Translations under genes and position numbers: made by a program | Assembly (NCBI GenBank): GCA_025359505.1 | Contig: JANYHH010000028.1 | Coordinates: 66,134 to 130,133 of the forward strand | Reading direction: 5' to 3' | DNA from: Deinococcales bacterium | GTDB lineage: Bacteria > Deinococcota > Deinococci > Deinococcales > JAAFIG01 | Length of the DNA: 64,000 bases | In this document: one piece after another, positions 8,626-17,792 of the stretch | Layout of the letters: each line of letters begins with the position of its first letter | Position numbering within the stretch: the first letter of the stretch is position 1 | Notes under the pieces: generated by a model | Seen by the model: only the letters and a program-made list of their open reading frames with translations | The model's database searches: none | Told to the model about the DNA's origin: nothing

Positions 8626-8726
8626 GACATCGCTGGCGAGGTTGAGTGTGACTTTTTGTTTTGGTGAAGTAACCGTAAAACCAGTTTACCAGCAAAAATT
8701 GCGAAACTGTCTCGGGAGCAATCGCG

Positions 8727-8969
8727 GTGAAAGCAATGATGTACAGTTTGAAAATGATAAAAACTTACGCCGCACGAATCCACAACGGCTTAGTGGAACT
8801 GCTCGAGCCTACACAACTCACTGAATCCAAACGGGTCTTGGTCACGGTGCTGGATGATGTCGTTTCGCCTCGAGTCCAATCGAAATACGCAGGGGCGTTC
8901 TCGAGCGGTCATTCCGACACGGCTGAGCGTGTGGCTGATGCACTGAACGAACTGGGATTCGCTGAGTGA
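8727..8969 (+). CDS. DUF104-like small antitoxin-family protein (orphan)
   Basis: AARIHNGLVELLEPTQLTESKRVLVTVLDD resembles the DUF104/AF2212-like pattern (IYENGVxxPLExxxLxEGxRVxI). The start is uncertain (8727 or 8754), there is no clear SD, and no toxin follows it. Confidence 0.4.
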   Translation: MKAMMYSLKMIKTYAARIHNGLVELLEPTQLTESKRVLVTVLDDVVSPRVQSKYAGAFSSGHSDTAERVADALNELGFAE

Positions 8970-9027
8970 TGGATTTTTTGACACTGCCCTGTGACCAATT
9001 CGTTTGACGAACCTAGCGAACTCAAAA

Positions 9028-10149
9028 TCATCCTGTCATCACCAGCCGCTCGAGCGCGTCCTTGAGCACGCGAATCGCGCTCAGGTACTCGTCGATCTCC
9101 AATCGTTCGGTCGGCGTGTGATCCAAGGTTGAATCACCGGGCCCATACGCCAGTATCGGGCAGCCCCACAGCGGCGCGACGACGTTCATGTCGGCCGTGC
9201 CGGTCTTCAGCGTCAATTGCGGCGTGATGCCGTGCTGCCGCATGGCCACGCGAAACGCCCTCGTCAGTGGCGTGTCCTTCGCGCCTCGGTACGGCTCTTC
9301 CCTGCCCGTGTAACTGATCCGCAACGCGTTCAGCCCCTGCTCTAAGCGCACGCGCTCGAGTTCGCGCATGGCTTCGTCAGGCCCCAGTCTGGGTGGTAGG
9401 CGTAAGCCGATCACCGCTTCGCAGCCTTGGCGCAGACCATCGTTGCTGCTGCTGATGCCCTGAAGCGCGACTTGCACGCTGTCGAACAGGCGTTGCCCAT
9501 CGTTGAAGCCACTCGCCCAGTTCTGGAGCGCCGCGAAGTAACGAATCATGTCCTCGGGTGCGGTGGTGTCGTTGCCCGCGCTGTGAAAGTTGTCTTTCTC
9601 CAAGCGAGCCTTGACGACCAAGCGCCCTTTGTAGCCGAGCGTGATCGTGTCATAGCCGCTCGGCTCGCCGATCAAGCAGTGGTCGGGGCTGAATTTGCTG
9701 ATCGCGTGATGAGCGCCTTTGGACGACGCGGCTTCCTCTTCGACCGCGCCAACGCAAATGAACCGCGCCCGCTCGAGGATATGATCTGGCAACAAGCTGA
9801 CCGCCGCCAAGAACGTGCAGAACGGGCCCTTGGCGTCCACGCTGCCGCGCCCCCACAGCTCGAGCTTGCCCGCATCGTTTCGCTCAATTCGCACGGGAAT
9901 CTCGCCGGGTACGGTGTCAATATGTCCGAGCAGCACAATCTCTTTTGGCCCAGTGCCGCGCACACCGACCGCACTGCCCGCGCCGTCCATCTCGGCTTTG
10001 AAACCGCGTTTGTGCATCCAGCGCACGAAGAAGCGGCTGACATCGGCTTCCTGCGTGCTCAGGCTCTGGATCTTCACCGCCTCGCGCAGCAACTCAATGA
10101 AATCGCGCTCGGTCGCGCTGTACGGCTCGAGGAGGAGGAGGTCGTTCAT
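9028..10149 (-). CDS. lysK: [LysW]-lysine hydrolase / acetylornithine deacetylase-type M20 enzyme
   Basis: [17 protein letters not shown]...[20 protein letters not shown] matches LysK/ArgE of the Thermus-type AAA lysine pathway. ATG at 10147-10149 ([10 protein letters not shown]). Confidence 0.75.
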   Translation of the reverse strand: MNDLLLLEPYSATERDFIELLREAVKIQSLSTQEADVSRFFVRWMHKRGFKAEMDGAGSAVGVRGTGPKEIVLLGHIDTVPGEIPVRIERNDAGKLELWGRGSVDAKGPFCTFLAAVSLLPDHILERARFICVGAVEEEAASSKGAHHAISKFSPDHCLIGEPSGYDTITLGYKGRLVVKARLEKDNFHSAGNDTTAPEDMIRYFAALQNWASGFNDGQRLFDSVQVALQGISSSNDGLRQGCEAVIGLRLPPRLGPDEAMRELERVRLEQGLNALRISYTGREEPYRGAKDTPLTRAFRVAMRQHGITPQLTLKTGTADMNVVAPLWGCPILAYGPGDSTLDHTPTERLEIDEYLSAIRVLKDALERLVMTG

Positions 10150-10221
10150 GCGCTCGAGAATACCCTGAGTGTTCAAAGGGCATGGCATCGCCTTGACGCA
10201 CCACACCGTAAGATTACAGGC

Positions 10222-11382
10222 GTGCAACGCAACATCAGCTTGACGCCCGTCATCACCGCTTCCACGTATCTGGGGATGGTCAGCATCGGCGCGGTGGGCG
10301 GCTCGTATGGCGCGGCGCTCGAGGTGCTGCGGGCAACGTTCGGCGTGGGTGACGCGCAGCTTGGCTTGCTGGGAACGGCGCAGACGGTCGGGGGACTGCT
10401 GGGGAATCTCAGCTCAATACCACTCGAGCGTATCCTCACCGCCGGGCAGCGATTGTGCGTTGGCGGTCTGGTGTTTGCCTTCGGCGCGGTTTGCTTCGCG
10501 CTTTCAGCGAAATTTGAGCTGGCGCTGCTGGCGCTGTTGACGATGGGGCTGGGGATGGGCTTATTTCAGATCAACTTTTCCAGCCTGTACTCCAGAGGCT
10601 TCGGGGTGCGCTCGGGCGCGGTGATGGCGGTGATGAGCAGCGCCTTCGCGGTCGGCAGCATCGCGGGGCCGGTCATGGCGGCGGCGCTCACCACCAATTA
10701 CCGCCTCTTACCGATTGGTTTCGGAGTGCTGAGCGCGGTGCTGGCCGCGATGCTACTCACGGCCCGCGACACCAGCCACGCTGCTCCCTCGAGCCATCCG
10801 CCCGCCAAGCTCGAGGGAGCAGCGTGGCTGTTTGGGCTGATGGTCTTTTTTTACGTGATGGCGGAGCAGGGCGCGTCGTTCTGGGGCGTCGCGCATTTGG
10901 AGAGCCTCGGAGTCAAACACGAGGCGGCGGCACTGGTGATGTCGCTGTTCTGGGCGGGGTTGCTGATCGGGCGCTTCGCGGGCGCGGCGCTGAGCCTGAA
11001 ATACTCCAGCCGCACGATGATGCTGGGTAGTGCGGCGGGCGCGACGCTGTGCTTCGCGGTGTCTCACGTGCCAGCGGTGGCGGGAGCAGCCTACATCGCG
11101 GCTGGTTTGTGCTTCGCTACCGTGTTCCCCACCGGGCTGGTCTGGCTGGCGCGGTTCAACCCGAGCAGCCAAGCGATCACGCTGTACTTCGTCGCGGGTT
11201 CAGTCGGCGCGGCGCTGGGCTTGCCGCTGATCGGGGCGCTGAAAAACCTCTTCGGTGCGAGCGCGATTCCGACCGCGCTGACCGTCTCGAGCGGCTTGTG
11301 TCTACTGACGATCTACGCGATTGGAATGCGTCAGCCGCAAGACGATGCGGCCCGAGCAGCCAGACTAGAATCCGTCGCATGA
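10222..11382 (+). CDS. MFS transporter (12-TMS type)
   Basis: Hydrophobic, multi-TMS translation from [23 protein letters not shown] onward. GTG at 10222 is the first start beyond the antisense overlap with lysK, so the exact start is uncertain. Confidence 0.7.
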   Translation: MQRNISLTPVITASTYLGMVSIGAVGGSYGAALEVLRATFGVGDAQLGLLGTAQTVGGLLGNLSSIPLERILTAGQRLCVGGLVFAFGAVCFALSAKFELALLALLTMGLGMGLFQINFSSLYSRGFGVRSGAVMAVMSSAFAVGSIAGPVMAAALTTNYRLLPIGFGVLSAVLAAMLLTARDTSHAAPSSHPPAKLEGAAWLFGLMVFFYVMAEQGASFWGVAHLESLGVKHEAAALVMSLFWAGLLIGRFAGAALSLKYSSRTMMLGSAAGATLCFAVSHVPAVAGAAYIAAGLCFATVFPTGLVWLARFNPSSQAITLYFVAGSVGAALGLPLIGALKNLFGASAIPTALTVSSGLCLLTIYAIGMRQPQDDAARAARLESVA

Positions 11383-12137
11383 AGAGATTCCTCGAGATAG
11401 CTGACGTTCCACACGATGCCGTGCTGCTCGATGCGCGGCCCGCCAGCGCCTACAGCGCGGGTCACATCGCTGGCTCGAGGAACGCGGAGTTCACTGATAA
11501 ATTCTTGATTCGTAACCCGGTGCAACTCGAGGTTTTCAATCACGCCGTGCAGAACTTGGCTCGAGGCGCTGGTTTACAACGGGGTCAGCATGTGGTCGTG
11601 TACGACGCGGGGCGTGACTCCAGAGCGGCGCGTTTGGCGTGGGCGCTGGAGTACGCGGGTTTCGAGGTCGCCGTGCTGCGCGACGGCTTGAACAGCTTCA
11701 CGGGAGCGCTGGGGACTGCGCCAACTGAATTTGCCGTGAGCGATTTCACCCTCGAGTCACCGCGCTCTGAAATTCTGGCGACTGCGGACGACGTGCTGAA
11801 CCGCGACGCCAAAACCATCGTGATCGACGCTCGAGCCTCCGATGAGTTCAGTGGCGAAAAAGCCGTCGCGGGCAGCACCAAAGGCGGTCACATTCCGGGC
11901 GCGATCAATCTGGACTGGCAGCGGCTCGCCACCGCGACGGGGATTACGGACGCCGCAACTCTAGAAGCGCAACTGAGCAGCATTCCCAAGGATGCCGATG
12001 TGATCGTTCACTGTCAGAGCGGCGCTCGCAGCAGCGTCGTCTATCACGCGCTGAAAAGCGTGGGTGTGGAGCGGGTGCGAAATTACCTTGGCAGCATGAA
12101 CGAGTGGGTTTCCGACGAGAACCTGCCGCTCGAGTAG
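11379..12137 (+). CDS. two-domain rhodanese (thiosulfate/3-mercaptopyruvate sulfurtransferase-like)
   Basis: [33 protein letters not shown] plus the active-site loop VHCQSGARSS. The ATG overlaps the MFS stop (ATGA at 11379-11382). Confidence 0.8.
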   Translation: MKRFLEIADVPHDAVLLDARPASAYSAGHIAGSRNAEFTDKFLIRNPVQLEVFNHAVQNLARGAGLQRGQHVVVYDAGRDSRAARLAWALEYAGFEVAVLRDGLNSFTGALGTAPTEFAVSDFTLESPRSEILATADDVLNRDAKTIVIDARASDEFSGEKAVAGSTKGGHIPGAINLDWQRLATATGITDAATLEAQLSSIPKDADVIVHCQSGARSSVVYHALKSVGVERVRNYLGSMNEWVSDENLPLE

Positions 12138-12147
12138 AGCAGTTAAA

Positions 12148-12780
12148 TCACCACTGCGCGATCACGAGCGCTAAGCCAGCCTCGAGCGAAACACTGACCG
12201 CACCACGCGCCTCGTTTGAAATCCCGAGGCTCGAGCCGAACTGCAATTTCACGGACTCGAGATCCCACTTCGCGCCTGCGATGCTCAGCCCGTTTGCGTT
12301 CTCGAGCGCCAATACACTGAAGGTCTGCCCTGCCGTCAGCGGCAACTCGAGCGGCTCGGCAGGCGTGAGTATCCAGCCCGATTCTGAACCGCTCTCGAGG
12401 TTGATCGTGAAGCCGTTTCTCGTTTCTCGCGCCGCCATCAACGCGATTCCCAATGAGTGATCAAAGCGCCCACCGAACGCGCCCAGCACGAGCGCCCGCG
12501 TCGCGCCGCGTTGCTTGGCGATCTCCAACGCCAGCTCGAGATCAGTTTTGTCCTTGTCCGTCGGGAAGGTCTGGCGCGGGACGTGCAGATGCGCGAGGTC
12601 GTCGCTCGAGTCGAAATCCCCGACCCACAAGTCAATCGTCACGCCGAGCGGCGCGGCGTGACGCGCCCCGCCATCGGCAGCGATCACCAAATCTGCACCG
12701 CGCACCAACTCGAGCACTCGAGGGGTGACGGTCAGCAACCCGCCTGCGAGCAGCAGCGCGGTGGTTTCACGGGGCTTCAT
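12148..12780 (-). CDS. thiN: thiamine diphosphokinase
   Basis: LVIAADGGARH...LWVGDFDS...DKDKTDLELAL...GAFGGRFDH motifs of TPK. ATG at 12778-12780. Confidence 0.85.
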   Translation of the reverse strand: MKPRETTALLLAGGLLTVTPRVLELVRGADLVIAADGGARHAAPLGVTIDLWVGDFDSSDDLAHLHVPRQTFPTDKDKTDLELALEIAKQRGATRALVLGAFGGRFDHSLGIALMAARETRNGFTINLESGSESGWILTPAEPLELPLTAGQTFSVLALENANGLSIAGAKWDLESVKLQFGSSLGISNEARGAVSVSLEAGLALVIAQW

Positions 12781-12871
12781 CGGTGAAGCGGATACTAGCA
12801 GGTGTCCATGGCGCAGCTTGCGACGATACGGCTTGCAGAAGAGCGCGTTGCTGCGCCGTGAATCTGATGTA

Positions 12872-12894
12872 GGGGTTTGCTCTTCTGCAAACCC
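12872..12894 (-). terminator. hairpin downstream of purH
   Basis: On the minus strand, GGGTTTGC-agaaga-GCAAACCC lies about 20 nt after the purH stop. It is preceded by a copy of the GGCGAAGGCAAAGGG motif (12897-12911). Confidence 0.55.
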
Positions 12895-12911
12895 TGCCCT
12901 TTGCCTTCGCC

Positions 12912-14426
12912 TCAATGCTTGAAATGTCTCGAGCCAGTGAACACCATGCTGATCCCCAGCTCGTCGCATGCGGCGATGGTTTCAGGATCGCGCTTGGAGC
13001 CGCCGGGTTGCAGAATCGCCGTCACGCCGACGCTCGCCGCCAGTCGCACGACATCATCGAACGGTAAGAAGGCTTCGCTCGCCAGCACCGCCCCTCGAGC
13101 GGCTTCCCCCGCGTTCAGCACGGCGCGTTCCGCCGCCCAGATTCTCGAGACCGCGCCCGCGCCGAGTCCGACGGTCGCGCCGTTTTTGGCGATCACGACG
13201 TTGTTGCTGCGGGCGTGCTTCGTGACGAAAAAAGCGAACTCGAGATCCGCCCGTTCCTGCGGTGTGGGTTGGCGTTGCGTGACGACGCTAGGCTGGAGGT
13301 CAGTCCAGACGCGCCCGTCGCGCTGCTGCGCCAGAAACCCGCCGCCAATCTGCTTGTACTCGAGGGTGGAGAAGTGCGGCCTCGCGGCGATCAGTACGCG
13401 CAGGTCGGGTTTCTTGGTTTTGAACCATTCCAGCGCGTCAGCGGCGATCTCAGGGGCGATCAGTACCTCTAAAAACGTGCCGCGCATACTTTGGGCAACC
13501 TCGAGATTGACGGGTCGGTTGATGGCGATCACGCCACCGAAAACACTGAGGGTATCGGCGTCGCGGGCGCGTTCCCACGCCTCGAGCGCCGACTGAGCCA
13601 GCGCCACACCGCATGGGTTGGCGTGCTTGACGGCCACGCAGGCGGGGACGCTGAATTCGCTGACCAACGCCCAAGCGGCGTCGGCATCGCCGTAATTGTT
13701 GAAGCCCATCTCCTTGCCGCTCAGGACTTGCGCGTCCAACACAGCACCGCGCTGATTGCCGAGGCGGTAGAGCGCCGCTGCCTGATGCGGGTTCTCGCCG
13801 TAGCGCAAGCCAGCCACGCGGCTCAACTCGAGCGGCATCTGCACCGCGAGCGTGTCCGTCCCTAAATAGGCCGTAATCGCGGCGTCGTAACTGGCGGTGT
13901 GCGTGAAGGCTTTCAGCGCTAAAGATTTGCGAAAATCAGGGTTTGGATTGGGCAAATGCTCGAGTACAGCGTCATAATCCTCAGGGTCAGTGACGATCAC
14001 GACTCGTGGAAAGTTCTTAGCGCTCGAGCGAATCATCGTCGGGCCGCCGATGTCGATGTTCTCCAGAGCGTCTGTCAGGGTCACGTCTGGTTTGGCGACG
14101 GTTTCGCGGAACGGGTAAAGGTTGACGCAGACCAGATCAATCGCATGAATGCCGTGCGCCGCCAGTTCACCGAGTTGATCCTCGCGGGCGAGGATACCGC
14201 CGTGAACCTTGGGGTGCAGGGTTTTGACGCGACCCTCGAGAATTTCGGGGCTGCCAGTCAGGTCGCTGATGTACGTCACAGGCAAGCCAGCCTTGCTGAG
14301 TGAAGCGTGCGTGCCACCCGTCGAAATCAACTCGAAACCGCGCTCGAGTAACCCTCTGGCGAATGGCTCGAGGTTCGTTTTGTCACTGACGCTGAGAATG
14401 GCTCGTTTCGGGCTGGCTGCGCTCAT
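12912..14426 (-). CDS. purH: bifunctional AICAR formyltransferase / IMP cyclohydrolase
   Basis: Full-length PurH-like 504-aa ORF (ILSVSDKTNL..., STGGT, GGILA, ...SGSRHFKH C-terminus). Confidence 0.95.
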   Translation of the reverse strand: MSAASPKRAILSVSDKTNLEPFARGLLERGFELISTGGTHASLSKAGLPVTYISDLTGSPEILEGRVKTLHPKVHGGILAREDQLGELAAHGIHAIDLVCVNLYPFRETVAKPDVTLTDALENIDIGGPTMIRSSAKNFPRVVIVTDPEDYDAVLEHLPNPNPDFRKSLALKAFTHTASYDAAITAYLGTDTLAVQMPLELSRVAGLRYGENPHQAAALYRLGNQRGAVLDAQVLSGKEMGFNNYGDADAAWALVSEFSVPACVAVKHANPCGVALAQSALEAWERARDADTLSVFGGVIAINRPVNLEVAQSMRGTFLEVLIAPEIAADALEWFKTKKPDLRVLIAARPHFSTLEYKQIGGGFLAQQRDGRVWTDLQPSVVTQRQPTPQERADLEFAFFVTKHARSNNVVIAKNGATVGLGAGAVSRIWAAERAVLNAGEAARGAVLASEAFLPFDDVVRLAASVGVTAILQPGGSKRDPETIAACDELGISMVFTGSRHFKH

Positions 14427-14478
14427 GGTTGCTCCGCACGCGATTCCCTCAAATCACTCGAGTCGCTTTGAGAGATCG

Positions 14479-14612
14479 CCTTGTGACCCAGGCGAGCGGT
14501 CGGCTCACTCGAGGGGTTGCCGCCTCGAGCATCTCGGCTTCCCCACGGATTGCCCGTGTTGAAAAAGCGGTCAGTGTCGGCTGCGTTTCGTTTTCGCCAG
14601 TCACCAAGACGG
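14479..14612 (-). promoter_or_regulatory. probable ZTP (pfl-motif) riboswitch in the purH leader
   Basis: The minus-strand leader reads ...CTTGGTGACTGGCGAAAACGAAACGC...GGCGGCAACC...GACCGCTCGCCTGGGTCACAAGG. It contains the conserved GACUGGCG block and the 3' CGCCUGGG pseudoknot block. It ends about 52 nt before the purH ATG. A -10-like TACACT (14621-14616) lies just upstream. Confidence 0.45.
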
Positions 14613-14627
14613 CGCAGTGTACCGCAT

Positions 14628-14673
14628 CATGACGGGTTCACGTCCCGCACCATGACGGGTTCACGTCCCGCAC
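14628..14673. repeat. perfect 23-bp tandem duplication
   Basis: catgacgggttcacgtcccgcac occurs twice (14628-14650 and 14651-14673), in the purH promoter-proximal region. Confidence 0.9.
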
Positions 14674-14957
14674 CGCTCGAGCCACAGGTTTTTATCGCGC
14701 CTCGAGTCTCATGTCGTTTGGAGCGGGTGTAACGACTCATATGGGCGCAGCGACCCAGCCCGAAGGTGCATGATCTGCGCCTCGAGACAACATGATGTGC
14801 CCTTGCCAATGTGATATTAAAAACGTGATGAGTTTCAAGCTTCAGTTTCGACAGTTTCAAATTCGGATCGCGATGAAAGCCTGCTCGAGCGTCGCAGCGC
14901 TTGGTGAGAGCGGATTGGTGAACGCCGACACTCACTGCTGCCCTGCCCGACTGCCGA

Positions 14958-14989
14958 CTCGAGACTCAGCGTCCTCGAGACTCAGCGTC
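14958..14989. repeat. perfect 16-bp tandem duplication beginning with CTCGAG
   Basis: ctcgagactcagcgtc occurs twice (14958-14973 and 14974-14989). Confidence 0.9.
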
Positions 14990-15124
14990 CTCCTGCGCCA
15001 CTGATTGGAAGCGGTTACGGTCGGGTTTTGAAACCTGTTGGTTGTTACAAATCATGGTTTTTGACTGTTCGTAACCAGTTCAATCGTGAAACTTTTGATT
15101 TGCGACAAAACATGACCGCGCAGC

Positions 15125-15153
15125 TTGACGAATCACAGATCATTCGTTAATGT
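15125..15153 (+). promoter_or_regulatory. sigma-70-like promoter upstream of the LacI-family gene
   Basis: TTGACG (15125-15130), an exact 17-nt spacer, then TAATGT (15148-15153). The spacer contains the inverted repeat ACGAAT...ATTCGT. Confidence 0.5.
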
Positions 15154-15156
15154 CTT

Positions 15157-15170
15157 CGTAACCGATTACA
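15157..15170. promoter_or_regulatory. LacI-family-type operator candidate
   Basis: CGTAACCGATTACA is an imperfect palindrome with a central CG (pattern nGTAAnCGnTTACn), located immediately downstream of the -10 element. Confidence 0.4.
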
Positions 15171-15284
15171 AAAGTGAAGATTCCGTCAGTGACCGTCCAG
15201 CCACTGACCACTCAGTCACTGACCGTTCATCTCCTGAGCGCAAGGCTCAGCGCAGGCCCCAACACGCAGTCTCGAGAGGCATCC

Positions 15285-16286
15285 ATGTCAAAAATCACGA
15301 TTGCGCGGGTGGCCTCGGAAGCCGGTGTCTCCAAAGGCACGGTCTCGAGGGTTTTGAACGCTCGCAGCGGCGTCAACGAGGAAACCCGCGTGCTGGTGCA
15401 GGGCGTTGTGGCTCGCTTGGGTTACGTGCCCGATCCGGGAGCGCGGCAATTGGCGCGGCGCGGGCGGCACGTGATCGGCTTGATGCTGGACGACGACTTG
15501 CGGCGCGGCGGCACGTACTACGGCATTCTGCGCGATGCCTTGGAAGATTGCCTCTCCAGCGAGGGGTATCACACGCGAGTGATCTCGACTGAGCGCGGCG
15601 ATGCGTTTTCAACGCCGCCCGACGGCGCGATTCTGCTCGGCGTGCATCTGGACGATCCGCGGCCCGCGCAACTCGAGGAGCGCGGCGTGCCGTTCGTGAT
15701 GATCGGGCGCAGCTTGCACAACACCGCGTGGGTGGATGTGGACAATCTGGGTGGTCTGCGAGATGCCGTTCGTCACCTCGTCGCCTTGGGTCATCGGCGC
15801 ATCCTGCACATCACGGGAGCGCACACCGGGCAGGCGTCGGTGCAGCGGCTCGAGGGCTATCTGACGGGCTTGCGCGAAGCGGGTTTGCCGGAGGACGCCA
15901 GTCTGATTTTTGACGGTGACTTCACCGCGATTGGTGGCTACCGCGCCGTGCGACGGGTGCTAGGCAGTAAATTAGCCTTCACCGCGATTGCGGCTGCTTC
16001 GGACGAGATGGCGCACGGCGCGGTCTCGGCGTTGGAGGACGCGGGGCTGCGCGTGCCGTGGGATGTCAGCGTCACGGGTTTTGACGACATTCCGCTGGCG
16101 CAGCGCCACGCGCTGACCACGGCCCGCCAACCGATTGCAGAGATCGGCGCAGCGGCCGCTGAACTGCTCTTGGAGCGCATGGCGGGCAAACCAGTCCGCA
16201 GTCGCTTACTGGCAACGACCTTGATGGTCAGATCCTCGAGCGCCGCACTGCTCAGCACCACGTCTTCCACCGTTCACCAGCATTGA
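15285..16286 (+). CDS. LacI family transcriptional regulator
   Basis: N-terminal HTH MSKITIARVASEAGVSKGTVSRVLN plus a periplasmic-binding-fold C-terminus (VTGFDDIP). ATG at 15285, preceded by GAGAGG. Confidence 0.9.
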   Translation: MSKITIARVASEAGVSKGTVSRVLNARSGVNEETRVLVQGVVARLGYVPDPGARQLARRGRHVIGLMLDDDLRRGGTYYGILRDALEDCLSSEGYHTRVISTERGDAFSTPPDGAILLGVHLDDPRPAQLEERGVPFVMIGRSLHNTAWVDVDNLGGLRDAVRHLVALGHRRILHITGAHTGQASVQRLEGYLTGLREAGLPEDASLIFDGDFTAIGGYRAVRRVLGSKLAFTAIAAASDEMAHGAVSALEDAGLRVPWDVSVTGFDDIPLAQRHALTTARQPIAEIGAAAAELLLERMAGKPVRSRLLATTLMVRSSSAALLSTTSSTVHQH

Positions 16287-16375
16287 TCCCTTCCAGCGCG
16301 AGGCTTTTCTCGCTTTTTCTAAGCAGCGGTTCGTCGGCCCTTCACCCTCTCGAGCAGGAATTAAGGAGAACCACC

Positions 16376-17620
16376 ATGAGGAAACTGGTTGCATTTGGCA
16401 TCATTGCCGCAACAGCCGCGCTAGGCGTTGGCGCGAATATCGTGCAGGGACAGGCGAACGTCATCACGATTGGCGGCTACGACGGCGCGACCGACACGGC
16501 GATTGTTGGGGAACTGATCAACAAGTACGTCAAGCCCAAGCTCGATGCCGACGGTATTACCGTCAAATACGTGCCGACGGCCGATTTTGGCAAGTCGATT
16601 GTCAACCAGCTCTCGGCTGGAACTGCGCCAGACCTGTTTTACTTAGAGGACGCCGCCGCTCAAGGGCTGATCGGCACGGGCAAGGTTTTGCCGCTCAACG
16701 GTTTGTTCAACGCCAGCGAATTCGTGCCGAGCCTCAACAAAGTCTTCTCGCAAAGCGGCAAGCAGTACGGCATCGCCAAGGATTTCAACACGTTGACGAT
16801 GTACTACAATAAGGACTTGTTCGATCAGGCCAAGGTCGCCTACCCAGATTCGGACGACACTTGGAACGATTTTGAAACCAAAGTCACCAAAGTCCAAACC
16901 ACGCTCGGCAAGGGCTACTACGGCACGTGCTTCCCAGCCGAATACGCCCGCTTCGGTGCGTTTGCCGCCTCGACGGGCTGGAAGCCAATCCTCGCTGGCG
17001 GCCGCACCATTTTGGACAGCCGCTTTAAGAGCGCCTTCGCGTTTTACACCGGCCTTGTCAAAAAAGGCTTTGCGGTCAAACCCAGCCAAGTCAACGCTGG
17101 TTGGGGCGGCGATTGCATCAAGAGCGGCAAAGTTGCTACCGCATTTGAAGGCGGCTGGGCGCTGGGCTTCCTGCGCGACAACGCCCCGAACCTCAAGTAC
17201 GGCACGGCGTTACTCCCGAAAGACCCCGCGAGCGGCAAGCGTGGCAACTTGATCTACACCGTCGCATGGGCAATCAATGCCGGAACCAAGAACAAAGCGG
17301 CGGCCGTCAAGGTGCTCACCGCACTGACGAGCGTCGAAGCCCAGCAGTTCGTGCTGCGGAGCGGTCTGGCCCTGCCAAGCCGCGTGTCGTTGCAAGCCGA
17401 CCCGTACCTCAAAGGCACGAGCGCTGAGCAAGTCGCCTTTAAGAACGTCTTCACCGGCGCAACCGACGGCAACGCCGTTTCGTTCGCTCCAGACAAATTC
17501 GGTGGCGACTGGTATCGCCCGATCGACGAGGCTTTGAGCGCCGTGATGGACGGTCAGAAAAGCGTTGACCAAGCCATCAAGGACGCCCAGACCGGTTTAG
17601 ATCGCGTGATGAAGAAGTAA
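16376..17620 (+). CDS. sugar ABC transporter substrate-binding protein (CUT1 family)
   Basis: Signal peptide MRKLVAFGIIAATAALGVGA and a family-1 SBP-like body. AAGGAG lies 8 nt upstream of the ATG at 16376. Confidence 0.88.
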   Translation: MRKLVAFGIIAATAALGVGANIVQGQANVITIGGYDGATDTAIVGELINKYVKPKLDADGITVKYVPTADFGKSIVNQLSAGTAPDLFYLEDAAAQGLIGTGKVLPLNGLFNASEFVPSLNKVFSQSGKQYGIAKDFNTLTMYYNKDLFDQAKVAYPDSDDTWNDFETKVTKVQTTLGKGYYGTCFPAEYARFGAFAASTGWKPILAGGRTILDSRFKSAFAFYTGLVKKGFAVKPSQVNAGWGGDCIKSGKVATAFEGGWALGFLRDNAPNLKYGTALLPKDPASGKRGNLIYTVAWAINAGTKNKAAAVKVLTALTSVEAQQFVLRSGLALPSRVSLQADPYLKGTSAEQVAFKNVFTGATDGNAVSFAPDKFGGDWYRPIDEALSAVMDGQKSVDQAIKDAQTGLDRVMKK

Positions 17621-17750
17621 AGCAGTATCTGCGAGTCGAAACTTGGACATCTGAATTGAACAAATCACTAAAGTAAATTGCTGCGGCGCTAAAAACACTC
17701 AGCAAGTCCAAGATTTCGACATGTGTACACGAATGTACTTAACTCTGCAC

Positions 17751-17792
17751 AGCTCGAGCGTTGGCGGGAGGAAGCGGGTTCAACGCTCGAGC
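17751..17792 (+). other. stem-loop in the SBP-permease spacer, with arms built on CTCGAG
   Basis: AGCTCGAGCGTT (17751-17762) pairs with AACGCTCGAGC (17782-17792). It sits inside a 390-bp, partly AT-rich spacer that also carries GTCGAAACTTGGAC (17635-17648) paired with GTCCAAGATTTCGAC (17706-17720). Confidence 0.5.

Noticed and set aside
9427-11382. 651-aa ORF, the second largest on the plus strand in this area
   Set aside because: The first ~265 codons (9427-10221) are the antisense shadow of the well-supported lysK-type gene and have an Arg/Ala-rich, low-information translation. Only the hydrophobic MFS part from about 10222 is credible.
14628-14989. Tandem repeats as a possible CRISPR array
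   Set aside because: There are only two directly abutting copies each (23 bp and 16 bp), with no spacers. No repeat-spacer periodicity and no cas genes occur anywhere in the window.
14792-15004. 70-aa Cys-rich ORF (MMCPCQCD...THCC) as a small peptide or RiPP precursor
   Set aside because: There is no SD and no adjacent maturation genes. The reading frame runs through the 16-bp tandem duplication. The evidence is insufficient.
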